Assembly: GCA_051942245.1 (NCBI GenBank)
Contig: JAVECL010000230.1
Location: forward strand, 1 to 34,335
Direction of reading: 5' to 3'
From: Trypethelium eluteriae
Taxonomy: Eukaryota
Length of the DNA: 34,335 nucleotides
Shown piece by piece: positions 11,090 through 23,302 of this stretch; the first letter of the stretch is position 1; every line of letters begins with the position of its first letter. A model generated the notes under the pieces. The model made no database searches. It was given only the letters and a program-made list of their open reading frames with translations, and was not told the DNA's origin. The translations under genes were made by a program, and so were the position numbers.

Positions 11090-12770
11090 ATGGAGAGTTA
11101 TACTTATGACCGCGGTACCTACTTCGTGATCTTGGGCAGAGTCTTGACGGGTATTATGATATGTGTTGTGATCTTGCGGCTGTATTCGAGGTCCGTCCTC
11201 ACAAGATCCATCGGCTCGGATGACTTTGCTATCTCTGTATCGGCAGTAAGCTCTCGTCGACATCTGATCTCTGCATTCGTTATAAGGAAGCTCACTGATA
11301 GCAGTGCCTGAATATCTATGACTTAGTCGAAGATACCGTTTGGGTACGTGATGGACTTGGAAGGCACGAGTCGCTCCTCAGTCAGGACCAGCTCTCACAA
11401 GTAAAGAAATGGTGAGATGATTGTTTGTGTCGCTTCTGTCATCGGTACAAGCTGATCTCGGTTGGCAAAGGCTCGCCATTGGCTGGACCATTACGTTCAT
11501 CTCCTACTTCTTCATTCGTGCCTCAGTCATGCTTTTCGTGTTGCGTCTACTTCCTCCAGGCAAGACTTGGCAGACCACGACCATCTTTATTGCTTTCTTC
11601 CTGAATTTCGCGATCACGATAATTGCCACTGTAACTTATGGTGTGCATTGTGTACCATTTCAAGCCGCTTGGAAAAACGTCCCTGGTGGTCATTGTCAGT
11701 CTGGTCAGAACCTTGCCATTACACAATGGGTCAACGGAAGTAAGTTTCCAATCATGTGTAGACCAAATCCGCTAGCTTCAATAGACGGAAAGGACTGATA
11801 TGCTTCTAGCTCTTTCTTGTGTCATTGACATCGCGACTGCAATCATACCACAGTTCCTGTTGTGGAAGGTCAAAATGAGAGGTAGCACTAAGCTATCTCT
11901 CAACATCATCTTTGCTCTTGGCCTTATCACAGCAGCAATGAGTATCGGTCGCGTGGCTTCCACGACCTACGGAACGGTAACGACGGACATAAGTTGTATG
12001 GCTCCGAACCTAAGCGTGGCTGATATTGCCAAAGCTGACTGTTTGCAACGTCGTCAGGGCGTGAGATGACCTCCAAAATGTTTGGCCTAGTTGAAGAGAA
12101 ATGCGGTATTATCTTTGCGTGCGCTCCTGCACTCCGCCAATTCGCTGCCTATGTCAGCCATAGGCATACCGTCTTTCCGACCAAGGACCGACAATATCCT
12201 GACGAGGATTTTACGCGTTTCCGTCGGCGCGTCAACCTCCGCGATCTCATCTGGTTCCGTACGCCTTCTCTTGTTGAGGGTCGTGTCTTGAGGCCGCAGC
12301 GGCTGTTTTATCCGCCTACCTCCGATCAGATCGCCGACTCAGAAACGCTTGTGGATCAGAAGGAGAAGAAAGAGGCGGAAAAGGCCGCCGAAAGATCCAT
12401 GATAGATGTCATGCGCGGTAAACTCAAGAACATTGTCGCTGGCGGAGATTCATCAACGGTTTCCCAGAAGACAGCGCGGACGGGCACATCATCTGCCACT
12501 AAGAGCACCAGCAGCATGCCGAAGACCAGGCTATGGAGTTGGGAATCGTGCGATTCGAGGGACGGATCTAACCAGTTCGGTACACGATCATCAGGTGAAC
12601 ACGTGCACGATGGCCTGAAACCAGCGGTGCCAGAATGGGAGCACGGATCACAGGCAATTCAAATCGAGCGTGGCTTCGACGTTCAAATAGAGCGGTCTAA
12701 CTCCCGACAATTGCCTGCCAAGCCTGGCACGCCCGGTTCAGTGCATCACCGTCGTCAGCTTGGAATGTAG
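11090..12770 (+). CDS. PTH11-like / Rhodopsin-domain integral membrane protein (putative GPCR, no CFEM), 5 exons, long cytoplasmic tail
   Basis: Spliced product MESYTYDRG...LRLYSR...IGSDDFAI...GLGRH...IRASVMLFVLRLL...HCVPFQAAW...C...DIATAIIPQFLLWKVKM...IFALGLITAAMSIGR...EEKCGIIFACAPALRQF. Four GT-AG introns with branch sites. Confidence 0.9.
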
Positions 12771-13463
12771 GACGAAGCCGATTGACGGTTGCAATCCAGG
12801 GTCAACAGGACATTACCGTGATATACCTCGACCATAGGAATTTTCGCAAACCTTGGAAAGTCGACTGTGACTGCGAATGGACGGTACGATTACATTGAGT
12901 GGCAGGAAAAGAAGTGCTCAAAGCTGCTGGCGCCGTGTGCGTGGCTGGGGTTGGGCAGTACCTGCAGGTGCAGCTCCACGATAGGCCCCCCACTATCGCG
13001 ACTCCAACCTTAATTTCACCCGCGGCTGAAGAAAAGCAAAGAAAAGCGCGAACACGCAGAATCCCAGATTCTGATCTGCCTTGTTTAACACCTTTTAGCG
13101 AGATCTTTATAAATCGCTGAGGGACTATCTAAGATCGTGTATCGTACTAACATCCTTCGGCTTCGCTCCTGCCGTTTTGTGTGGCGCCGGTTGATCTTTT
13201 TTGGTCTAAAAGGTTTGCTAGTTTAGCTACCTTGCTTCTTAGTATGCTCGATCTAATTTTGGGGGCCAAGAAGTAGAAGCATTTCATAGAGTCCATTAAT
13301 AGTTATACGTCCTGTTTTAATATGAATTCTTCTTTGCTTCATGTCTACGACCGCCGTTTTCTTTTCTCTTTCTATTCACGTTGCATAACAAGGAAGCGCA
13401 GGGAAGTTAGCGCAAAGTTCATCTGGTCTGCTCGGTCCGCCAGAGCAGATCACATGGTCGGAT

Positions 13464-16400
13464 ATGATTGACGCGCTACTGTCACGCCTTATAGTTCTTC
13501 TTGTGCTCTCGCATCCTTTATCAGCGTACGGTAAGAACCAATCTTTGCTCACCATCACACGCAAACCGACACAGATCATGGGATAGCTTCTAACAAGCGC
13601 TATAGTCTCAAGTGTACCCTATCTCACGAATTCTTCGAAGCCTACAAACAAGACATCATCATACAAGGCTCTTGACCCACTCAACGAGTCGCCTTCCGCA
13701 TCATCCTTAGGAGCAGAACAAACTACTACACTGAACGTCGCTTCTAGTCGGCCCGCATTTTCTACTGAGAGAGATAGTGCCGGCGGCATAAGTTTGAGCT
13801 CAAGTTCGAGCTCTACCTTGAGCACAGTCAATACCGGATCGCCATCTCCAGCGAAAGCTTCAAGCGCCCTGGTATCTGGCTTCAACTCCACTTCGACAAG
13901 CATTCTATTCAGCAATGAACATATCAGCACCACCGGAACCACTCTTTATCACACATCGGCACAGCTGAGTCCCAATTCTTCGTTATCGCCTACGGGGCTT
14001 GCGAATGTTACTGGTTTCGTTGGGAATAGTAGCGTTGATGTTGAGGCATGTTTCACACAATGGTCATCCTTCTGGTCTTTGAGCGCCCGAGACTATACGA
14101 CATTTCAATCCGCAATAGGAGGAACTACCTGGTTTAGTAGTTATGTCACTAGCACGACTACTTATGTTGCCGTCTACCCCACAACTTCGACGTCTCGTGG
14201 GATCGACTCAGAAACAGAAACCGAATACGCTGGTGCTTATCCTACGGCAACAATAACTACGACATGGACTTATGCTTACACCTATACGTACTCTAGCTAC
14301 GTTCCCGGTAGTACTTTAACGACAACTTACGAAAAAAGTTCCGAGCATGGCCCTTCAAGTTATACCACCGTAACAACCGGCCCCAGCCTTACCACACCAG
14401 CCTGTCAACTTCCGAGCGTGGTGCCCCAGTGTCAGTCGCAATGGGCATCCTATGAGTCTCTTAAACTAACAGACACATCGTACAATCTCGGGGGTGTGTC
14501 AACGCCTCTTTGTCCGCAAGCCTCAATAGGTACTGCTCTCTGTACTGACTTAAGGGATCTCTACATCACTCAATGGATAAATGACTACGCCGAAAACGGC
14601 TATGTTGCACCTTACATATGGTCGGGAGCTGGCTCTGTCGGCACTGCTATCACGGAGCCAGGTGGATCAGTGCTTTGGACGAGCACGTTCCCCACCGGGT
14701 CCTCTTTGGCACCAGGTTGTACCTTAGGATGTGCCCGATGTGCTATTACTGGTGGCAGAGTGCGGCTTCTTTATTGGCCTGTCCCTCAAACATCTTTCCT
14801 AAATGTGACCATCAGTACTGCTATGACCACTGCGGGCAATGCAGCTTCTGGACCCGTAGTGATGCCTTTTTCCGGGACTACACTAACCTCTCCAACCGTC
14901 TACATCTCGTATGACAATCTTTATGCCTCGGACTCGTGCTCGGCTATTGGTGCCAATCACAGTGCCACCATTATCCCCATTCCAGAGTCGGCAGACCTTT
15001 CAAGTCTTTATTATCCTCCCTTTGGCACTGTACCTCATGTACCTCAGACCGAGTCTTTCAATTTCACCGATCTCAATTCGCCTGTCCCAGAAAGTATCTA
15101 TACTAGACAGCCCAAATGTTACGGAGCTGGAAGCTGTTCAGGATCATCGGGACCTTACGAGCCAATTCGTAAGATGCCCAATCCCTGCTGCAAGGCTTGG
15201 TAATGCGGATGCTGATGCTGTGTAGTCGTCGTTCCAACATCAATCCTCCAATCTATCGATCCGACATGGTCGACATGTTCTGGAGATTTCCGAGGTATTA
15301 AATTCCGCAATACATTTTAAAGGTGTATTACTAAAAGACAGTGATTAGGGCTATACGACCCTCCGTATGCATTACATGGAGCGGCACAGGCAGCGATTCC
15401 TGCGTCGTCCGATCCGTGGCCTTCTACTACGGCCGCATCACCTGCACCTGCGCCACTGACTGTTACGCCCAAGCCTTCGGCCACTCCGCCTGGAGCTTCT
15501 GCGACTTCAGCCATGTTTCCTAGCCTGCTGCCTTCCAGTGGATCTGTTGGAAGTGATCCCTCTTCTGACGACCCATCCGCCAACCGAGCTTCGCCTTCCA
15601 ATGGACATCCATCGCAAAGTGAAGACCCAGGCCGCAGCAACAACCCTTCTTCAGGAGGAGACTCCTCTCCCGACGGTGGCGCTCCCAGCGAAGCTCCTTC
15701 CTCTGGGAATGACCATGACGCAGATCAGGGTTCCCCGCCTGGAAATAATCCATCTTCCAATAGCGACTCTCCATCTGGCCCAGTTACATCTGGTGGAAAC
15801 GACCCGGAAAGCGACCCATCCGGCAATGATCCAGGCACAGGAGATTCTGGATCAACCGATCCCCAACGACCAGGCTCGGGTTCCGCGAGCGTTCCATCAC
15901 CTTCTTCAGGACATGGTAGCCAAGATCCGGCAGTCTCCCCAATATATTCTCTTGCCAGTCCCCAGGGAAGTTCCATAGCAGATGGAAAAGGAGGAAGTGG
16001 TATTGCTGCAGCAATCATGTCTGGAATTGGAGGACAGCCCGTGGACCCTACCAATGATGAAAGCACTGGAAGCAACGCTGGACCCGAGGCAAGTGGAGAC
16101 ACGTCATCCGCCTCTGGAAGTGGAACAAGCCCTGGTATTGGAGGTAACGGCCCTGAAGAACCTCATCAAATTTCAGGAGGTAATTCTAATTCAGGGGATG
16201 GACCTGGAAGCTCTGGTAGTTCCTCCGGCAGTAACACAGGCCATGTTAACGCTGGTAGCGGAGATCCACATGACCCCTCTGGTGCCGGAGATAGTGGCTC
16301 TGAAGGTCAAGATGGTAGCTCACCTGACCATCCTGCCAACGGCGGATCTCATGCAGGTAGTGAAAATCCCTCCTCAGCTGGAATTGGCGGGGGCAGTCTC

Positions 16401-17663
16401 GGCTTTGGGAATTCTGTAATACAGATACTTACTGCTCAAGAAGCCGATACTCCGCTCGCTAGGTTTACGGTGGATGGAAGCACTTTCACGGCCCAATCTG
16501 GTCAGCCTGTGATTGTTGGTAGTACGATTCTCAACGCCGGGGGCTCTGCTGCCACAGTCGGGAACCAAGTGGTCAGCATTGGAGATTCTGGTGTTGTAGT
16601 GGGTACACAGACAATTTCCTATAGCTCCGTAACTGCCCCGGCAGCCGCAATCTTCACGGCAGGAAGAAGAACTTACTCAGCGCAAGCCGGGAAGCCTCTG
16701 ATCGTTAACGGAGTAACATTGTCACCCGGCGGAGATGCCACAACGGTAGATGGCCAAATTATCAGCTTGGGCAGCTCTAATGTTATAGCCGGTACAAGGA
16801 CATTACCATTCGACAGTACGGCTGCACTGACAGCATCCGGTGCGGTAATAACCATCGACTCGTCATCACTCACCGCGATCGACCAAAATGGCCGTATTGT
16901 CATCGGGCCTGAAACATTGTCCATAGGTGGTGCAGCCGCAACTGTAGCTGGCGAGACAGTATCAGTGGCATCATCAGGTATTGTTGTTGACGGCGTCATG
17001 CATACCTTTTCCCAAATACCAGCCGCAGCTACTTCATCAAACGAGTTTGAAGCCTCGTTCAGCATCTCTGGAACTGCATACACAGCCTTTGAATCTCCGG
17101 ATCATCCCAGCACTGCTGTCATTTTAGGTGCCAATGGCATTCCTACCACAATTTCTGTCGGCGGTTCAGCAGTAACGATCGATGGTCAAGCCGTGTCTCT
17201 CAACTCTGATGGCGTCATAGTAGGAACCAGCAGCATATCTTTCAGCAGCGCGCCGATGACAGGAACACTGGAGCAAGAAGCAACTTTCAGTGATCCGGCT
17301 GGTCATATTCACACCGCTTGGGAAGACATTGGAGGCGGCAACAGTGCTGTACTGGACGGGAGTGTCACATTGGAAGTTGGTGGACCTGCTGCGACTGTCG
17401 ACGGAGAGATAATCAGTCTCGCTACGGGCGGATTAATCATCAATGGGACAAACACAGTAGGATTCGCTGTTGCAACAGGGCCGTCTAGCAGCGGAACTAC
17501 GAGCGGAAGTCTCGGAGGAAGTGAGACACAGGGACCGAGTGCAACTGGAACGCAGGATCCAAATGTTTCTTCAGCAGACAGGACATCAACGGCCGATTCT
17601 GCGATATGGATACTCGGCCTTGAGATTGCGGTAGTGCTTCTTACGGTTACCTTTGGAACTTGA
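13464..17663 (+). CDS. Large (~1337 aa) secreted, probably GPI-anchored Ser/Thr/Gly-rich cell-surface protein with a Cys-containing domain and beta-rich repeats
   Basis: Exons 13464-13530, 13606-15168, 15226-15294 and 15349-17663 join in frame (4014 nt). Signal peptide MIDALLSRLIVLLVLSHPLSA. Conserved-looking motifs CARCAITGGRVRLLYWP, TSPTVYISY, NFTDLNSPVP and DPTWSTC..GLYDPPYAL. G/S/P/D low-complexity stalk and a hydrophobic C-terminus (SAIWILGLEIAVVLLTVTFGT). Confidence 0.85.
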
Positions 17664-19250
17664 GGAGTGCTTCGCAAAGGATGGATATTTGATTGAACCT
17701 CAGCTTCCTCTTTTGTCGTGTGAAATAAGCATTTTCAAACCGTGGAGAGTGTCGTGGTCCTCCTTTGGTGTTTATTTCGGAGGACAACCTTCTGTTCGCC
17801 TTGTTCAAGCCTGAGTGCTGACCAGTGCATATATGTGTATATAGCCGACGCACCACAAGCACTTTTCTCTGACAGGCAAGATCGCAAGAGGTCCTGGATG
17901 GAGAGTGTACCCTGAGAATTTTAGGTACAGAGCAGGGACTTTACCTCCTTAACTTAAGGGCTACCATAGCCCTCTACAGCCTTATTAGAGCCGTAGAATT
18001 TTTTTATTCCGATACAGCTGTCATCAAACCACACAATAAAGTAATTTATGAAATTTCCGAGCCATCCCTGTGAATGAACAATCGGCCGAAACAGCACCAG
18101 ACCTAAGAAAAAGGGAACGAGCAAGCTCTTTTGCAGGGAAGCACTCTAGCGCGGGAAGAACACCCCTACTGTTTACCAGACAGCAGCCCCACAATCATTT
18201 CTGGCCTTCCAAACCATGGAAATGTAGCCTCTGCAAGCGACTCTGCTGCTCGCCAACCTCTGCTGTAGGAACTGTGCGAGTGCACTGGTAGGCCTGGTGC
18301 GATATTGATGATGGCATCGGAGTTATTAGGCTCGTGGTTGCGCCCTACTTCTCTTGCCTACGGTACTATCTTGGGATCCATAGCACAAGAGTTCGTCGCG
18401 TTAGCCAAGCTGAATGCGCCGCTCCGAGAGTTCCTAGTAAGTGGATTGTTCCATTCAGTTCATCGGGCTTCACTTTAGTTGAGAAGTTCCTGGGACATTA
18501 GTTGGGCATAAGGCGCGCTTGCGCCCTGTGCGCATCTCGGCATTGTTTCAGCACGGTAAGTTTTCTCCCAGCGATCTCCGTACGAATCAAATCTTCATTA
18601 GAGAATACTATGACTGTCACAATCCTTCTGTTCCGGACTTTTGTGTTGCAAAGAGATGGCCCTTGGCCAAGCACCTATCATTAAGCTAGGCGAAATTGCT
18701 CTTCAAGTCGTTAGGCCCGGCTCCTTAGGACTTGAAAAACTTCTGGTGGTTCTGCTGACTTTGCAACCTGGTACCCGGTTCATGGTTCATCCCCACGCTC
18801 TATCGTAGGGGCAGGTTTCACCCAAAGAAAATTTGCAGGGGACGATGGAAATATCAAGGACTCGGCGGAGACTTCGGCCTGAAATATATTAAAGAAGTTG
18901 AAAACCGACCGCTTGATCCTCGTAAACTTTGTCATTGGAACATATGATGGACATTTCGAAATTTGGACGGTCAAACGACTGTTCCGTACGCGTGGCAGCA
19001 GCGATGCTTTCCAAGATCAAGACCCACCTTGCAAAGATGGAGGAGATATATCACTTAAGAAGCCCGCTTCAAGACCCATTACAGGACCTGAGTCTTCCAC
19101 TACTTTAAAACATCTGTCACTCTTTTCACGCCCCAAGGCCCTACCTTCGACGCTCTTTATTGTTATTTGTACACGTCCCTTTTTGTGCAGAACAACTCGC
19201 TCCTTAATACGAGAGTCTTAAAGCCCATTTTTCCACGGAAGACAGACAAT

Positions 19251-19986
19251 ATGCGTTTCTCAATTGGCTTGGCTCTTACGGCAGCTCTGCTGGGCGTCGA
19301 CGCATGTCGTGAGCATAGACATCCTGCCCCCAGCGGAGCTGCCCCATCTTCCGCGGCAGCGACAGCTGTCTCGTCACTGGTTCCCACCACCTCACCGACT
19401 GCTACCACACTCTCAACGCAGACCAGGGCGGTCAGTGCTACTGTGTCTTCCACTAGCAGCGCCGTTGCAGCCGTCGCCACGACCGCAGCTTCATCCTCCA
19501 GCCTAACCACCGACCAGCAGAACGCACTTGACGCGCAAAACAGCGCCCGCAGCGATGTCGATACAGCTGCGTTAACCTGGGATGCTGATTTGGCTTCCGA
19601 GGCGCAGACTTATGCCGAGCATCTTGTCTCCGTGGGCGAACTGGTCCACTCCGGGATCACCACCGAGGGCGAGAACCTTTTCATGGGCTACACTAGTACC
19701 CCTCTGGCCGACGCCGCCAACGATTGGATCACCTCGGAGAAGTCTAAGTATAGTGGGCAGGCTATCACGGAGAGCAACTATATGAACTTTGGTCATTATA
19801 CACAGATCGTTTGGAGCTCGACGACCAAGGTCGGCATGGGCTCAGCATCCGGTTCCGATGGTTCTGTTTATGTCGTCGCCCGTTATACGCCGCCTGGCAA
19901 TATGTAAGTCATCTCTTGTCCAACGTGCGAGATTGGAAGGGACTGAGCTAATATGGTGGACCAGAATCGGCGAGGCCGCGTACTAA
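19251..19986 (+). CDS. Secreted CAP/SCP/PR-1-like protein (Pry-type) with Ser/Thr/Ala-rich linker
   Basis: Signal peptide MRFSIGLALTAALLGVDA. CAP motifs LTWDADLASEAQTYA, LVHS, GENL, W..EKSKY, GHYTQIVWSSTTKVG and YVVARYTPPGN. Intron 19904-19964 gives the C-terminus NIIGEAAY*. Confidence 0.93.
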
Positions 19987-20908
19987 ATTCTACACTGCTC
20001 GATGCAGGATGGGACAGGTTCCAAAACATGTGTGCGATGTAGAGACATCCACATGACTTTTTTCTTCGATTCTAAGATATGTTGATTATCTGCGCTCGAA
20101 TGTGAGCCTTTTTGGGACTGATTTGGGTTTGGATGTAGCTACAAGTTAACAATCCGAAATTCAAACTTTCCATTGACTCACCTCGTGACTCCTTGAATTG
20201 ATTGCAAGAGCCTGGTGTGGTTGTAAGAACGAGAAACCTGTCTTGTTACACCAACTGCATGATCCACAATCATCGAACACAAGCAGAAGGCTCTGGCAGC
20301 AAGTTCCGCGAACTCTTTAAGCCAGAGTACATACCTAGACAAGAAAGGATTTCGAGGTTGCGAACGAAGCGGTGATGGGGTTGAGAGGTATGGAGTACGG
20401 GCGGCTTGACCCCCAGCAGCCCCCTGTCATTTCCTCAAACACCCGACAGCTTGGGTGGCTTGGACTCCACTCTAGCTTTACTTACGGTATAGCGTCTCGG
20501 CAAAAACATACCTGATCGTATGCACGCATGGGTGCATGATCAAATATTATGCAGGCACGGCGACGGACTGCTTTAGGCTTATCGCGTTCAGCTCAATCAC
20601 TCAAAAATTATACTATTTACTATCGGGTTCTTCTGCTAGCTCTACTGGCCTAAAGACTCTTCTCATCAGAGAACCAACTTTACTTAGAGCTATTTGTCTG
20701 TGTGTGGCGCGTGCTCGGACGCCGAGCCTGAGAACTAGTGGACCAGTACTCGCCAGGGTTGGAGTTAAACCGGGGCTTGCAGCTTCTTTGACTCCGTAAT
20801 TATATCTAACGCTTATTGTAACGTCCCGAACCCATCTTGCTCCCCAATTCCACTCCTAGCAAGTCAAATTCTCTTTTTCACTTCTTGAATTACGTCAGCA
20901 TCTTGTGA

Positions 20909-21703
20909 ATGCTCAAAATGTCATTGCATAACAAGCCAGACATTGTCCTTGTCGGAGGCGGATGGCATGTCCCGGAGACTTATTCGAAATTGACAAACGC
21001 TCTCAAGGCGGCGGACTATACTGTTCACGTACCGTTTCTACCGTCGATGAATAATTCCCGCCCTCCCAATGCGAGTCTTGCCACGGATACCGGTGTAGTT
21101 CGCGAACTTGTCGAGCAGCTCGTTGAAGAAGGCACCTACGCCGTCATCATTATGCATTCCTACGGCGGGCAGGTCGGCACCAACGCGCTAGTCGGGCTAG
21201 GTGCTGACAGCCGCGTGAAGAAAGGTAAACAGGGTGGGGTCAAACATCTGATCTACATGGCGGCGTCAGTCTTGCCTGAGGGCGACTCGATGATCACCAA
21301 AGTCAAAGAATTTGGGCATGAACATTTGATGCCAGTAGCATTCGACTTCGCCGACGACAACACCTGTGTCTGCCGTGATCCCAAGACCATACTGATCGGT
21401 TCTGGGATATCCGACGAAGAAGCAGACAAATATGTCTCCACTTTTAGACTCTTCAATGGCAAAGTCATGTACGAGCCCATCAGCAACAGCGCTTGGAGAG
21501 AAATTTCTCTCACATATATCTTCGCGACTGAAGATATAACCTTGCCGTACAGTTACCAGAAAAACATGGTCGAGAATGTCAGAAAAGAGGGTTTTAAAGT
21601 GGAGACGGTGGAGCTTAGCACTGGTCATTGCCCAAATCTGACCAAGACCAATGAAGTTGTGGACGTTGTCAATGATGTGGTTGAGAAGGAAATCAGATCA
21701 TAG
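20909..21703 (+). CDS. Alpha/beta-hydrolase (Abhydrolase_6-type, methylesterase-like), intronless
   Basis: IVLVGGGWH oxyanion loop, nucleophile elbow MHSYGG, acid in EDITLP, catalytic His in TGHCP. Confidence 0.92.
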   Translation: MLKMSLHNKPDIVLVGGGWHVPETYSKLTNALKAADYTVHVPFLPSMNNSRPPNASLATDTGVVRELVEQLVEEGTYAVIIMHSYGGQVGTNALVGLGADSRVKKGKQGGVKHLIYMAASVLPEGDSMITKVKEFGHEHLMPVAFDFADDNTCVCRDPKTILIGSGISDEEADKYVSTFRLFNGKVMYEPISNSAWREISLTYIFATEDITLPYSYQKNMVENVRKEGFKVETVELSTGHCPNLTKTNEVVDVVNDVVEKEIRS

Positions 21704-22993
21704 ATAATGGTTTACGGAACGGCGTGTGAGATCGCCAACAGCTAGCGAATTAGTGACCACGAACAATGCCTCGCTTACATGTCACGACAGTGTGAGTGGT
21801 GCTGTTGTTCCCAGAAACTTTCTTGCGAAGCTCTTTACCATGTAAACTTCAGTGAAATGGCTAAAGAAACCAAGGCTTTCTACTCAGAGATGAATCGAAG
21901 TGAGATGTATGGTCCAGATTCGAGGTGTGACACAGTACCATACCATGACACTGCGACCCCATAATCTTGCTTGACTCAGCAAGAGACGCAGCTGTACATC
22001 TGCAGACAGCTAAAGTCTAAGATCGGGCTCTCAGCACTAGTCGTAAAGGTAGGGATTCTTTCACACCTCTTCTGCCGCCATTCTTCCATCATTGGACCTG
22101 ACGTACGTGCCTCTAGCTCTTGAAAAGCTGGAATACATCAAACCTTGAACCTGAATGGGTCAACATATCCTTTTCATTTGTCTGATCGAGCTCTCCCATT
22201 AGACAGATATGGCTGTGGCCCTGGCTAGGATGGAGTAGCGTGCTGAGATCCTCTACCTATTTGCAGCAACCTCCAAAATTGAAACGGCCACAATTGCAAC
22301 GGAAGGACTGGCCTCAGGGAAATACAGATTTTAGTCTTCTAACGTAGTTTAGAAAGCTGGTCAAATGTATCAGTCCGGACGCAAATTGCCCCTTGCCTTT
22401 GTCGAAATGCTCATTTTATACGTTGTGTTGCTTCAAGGTTTAAAATGGCATGAATGGATGCTCACAAGCAAGGAGATTTGAAGGCATCGCAAGATCGTTT
22501 TCACCTGCTTAAGGTCCTTGCTCAAAGCACAACATCACTGCCCAGAGCCGCCAAGAATGTAGAAACAGAAGCGAGAATCAAGCCGCAACGCTCAAGTGAT
22601 TGGAAGACTACGTACAGATAACTAAAACAGGTCGATAACATGGTAGCATTCAATAGACAGCGGTCAATATTAAAGATGTTCGGTGTTGAATAGAAACGAG
22701 TTCGTTGTGCACAAAGGCCGTGTGCCCAAGGTCTAAGTGAGAGTTGGAAAGAGAAGATGCGGCCGCACGTCCCCTTCAGACATCCCCCTTCAACATCAGA
22801 GACTGTGCAGAAGATAGTCGTGAAGCTCGAACCGAGGCAAGACTCTTCTGAACTATGAAAAGCGAGTAAAGATTGACTCAATATCCATATCTCATCAACA
22901 AATCGGATCGTCTAATAGGTAAACTGCCTCGAGCTGTAATGAAAAGGGGCATCCAGATCAACGACTGTAGGGTGACGCTGTTACAGTCTCCAG

Positions 22994-23302
22994 TCATCCG
23001 TTTCTCTGCCGACGACCCACAAGGAACGCAACTCCAGCAATGAGGATCCAAATAAGGCGACGACGATGGGTTTTGTGGCGCCTTCGAGATTCCGTAATGT
23101 AAATAGTTGGATGGTAGTTATCCGTATGCGATTTATCCACAACGACACTCAGATCATCGCGGGAATCGTATCGACTGAGCGGTGTATCGTGTGAGTCGTA
23201 GCGGGTCAGACTAGAGGTAAAGAAATTGCCATCTTGATTCCCTACTGACAAAACTGAATTTAAGAGGTCATTGTGGTCTGTCTCGCTGAAAGCTCTCGAC
23301 AT
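22994..23302 (-). CDS. Small hypothetical protein or gene relic (102 aa) with a basic patch followed by a short hydrophobic segment
   Basis: MSRAFSETDH...; internal repeat LTRYDSHD/LSRYDSRD; RRRHKTHRRR followed by LIWILIAGVAFLVG. It looks like the N-terminus of a type II membrane protein, but I found no credible downstream exon. Confidence 0.35.
   Translation of the reverse strand: MSRAFSETDHNDLLNSVLSVGNQDGNFFTSSLTRYDSHDTPLSRYDSRDDLSVVVDKSHTDNYHPTIYITESRRRHKTHRRRLIWILIAGVAFLVGRRQRNG

Noticed and set aside
15317..17677. Many overlapping ORFs on both strands within the surface-protein gene
   Set aside because: They are alternative-frame and antisense shadows of low-complexity Ser/Gly/Thr codons.
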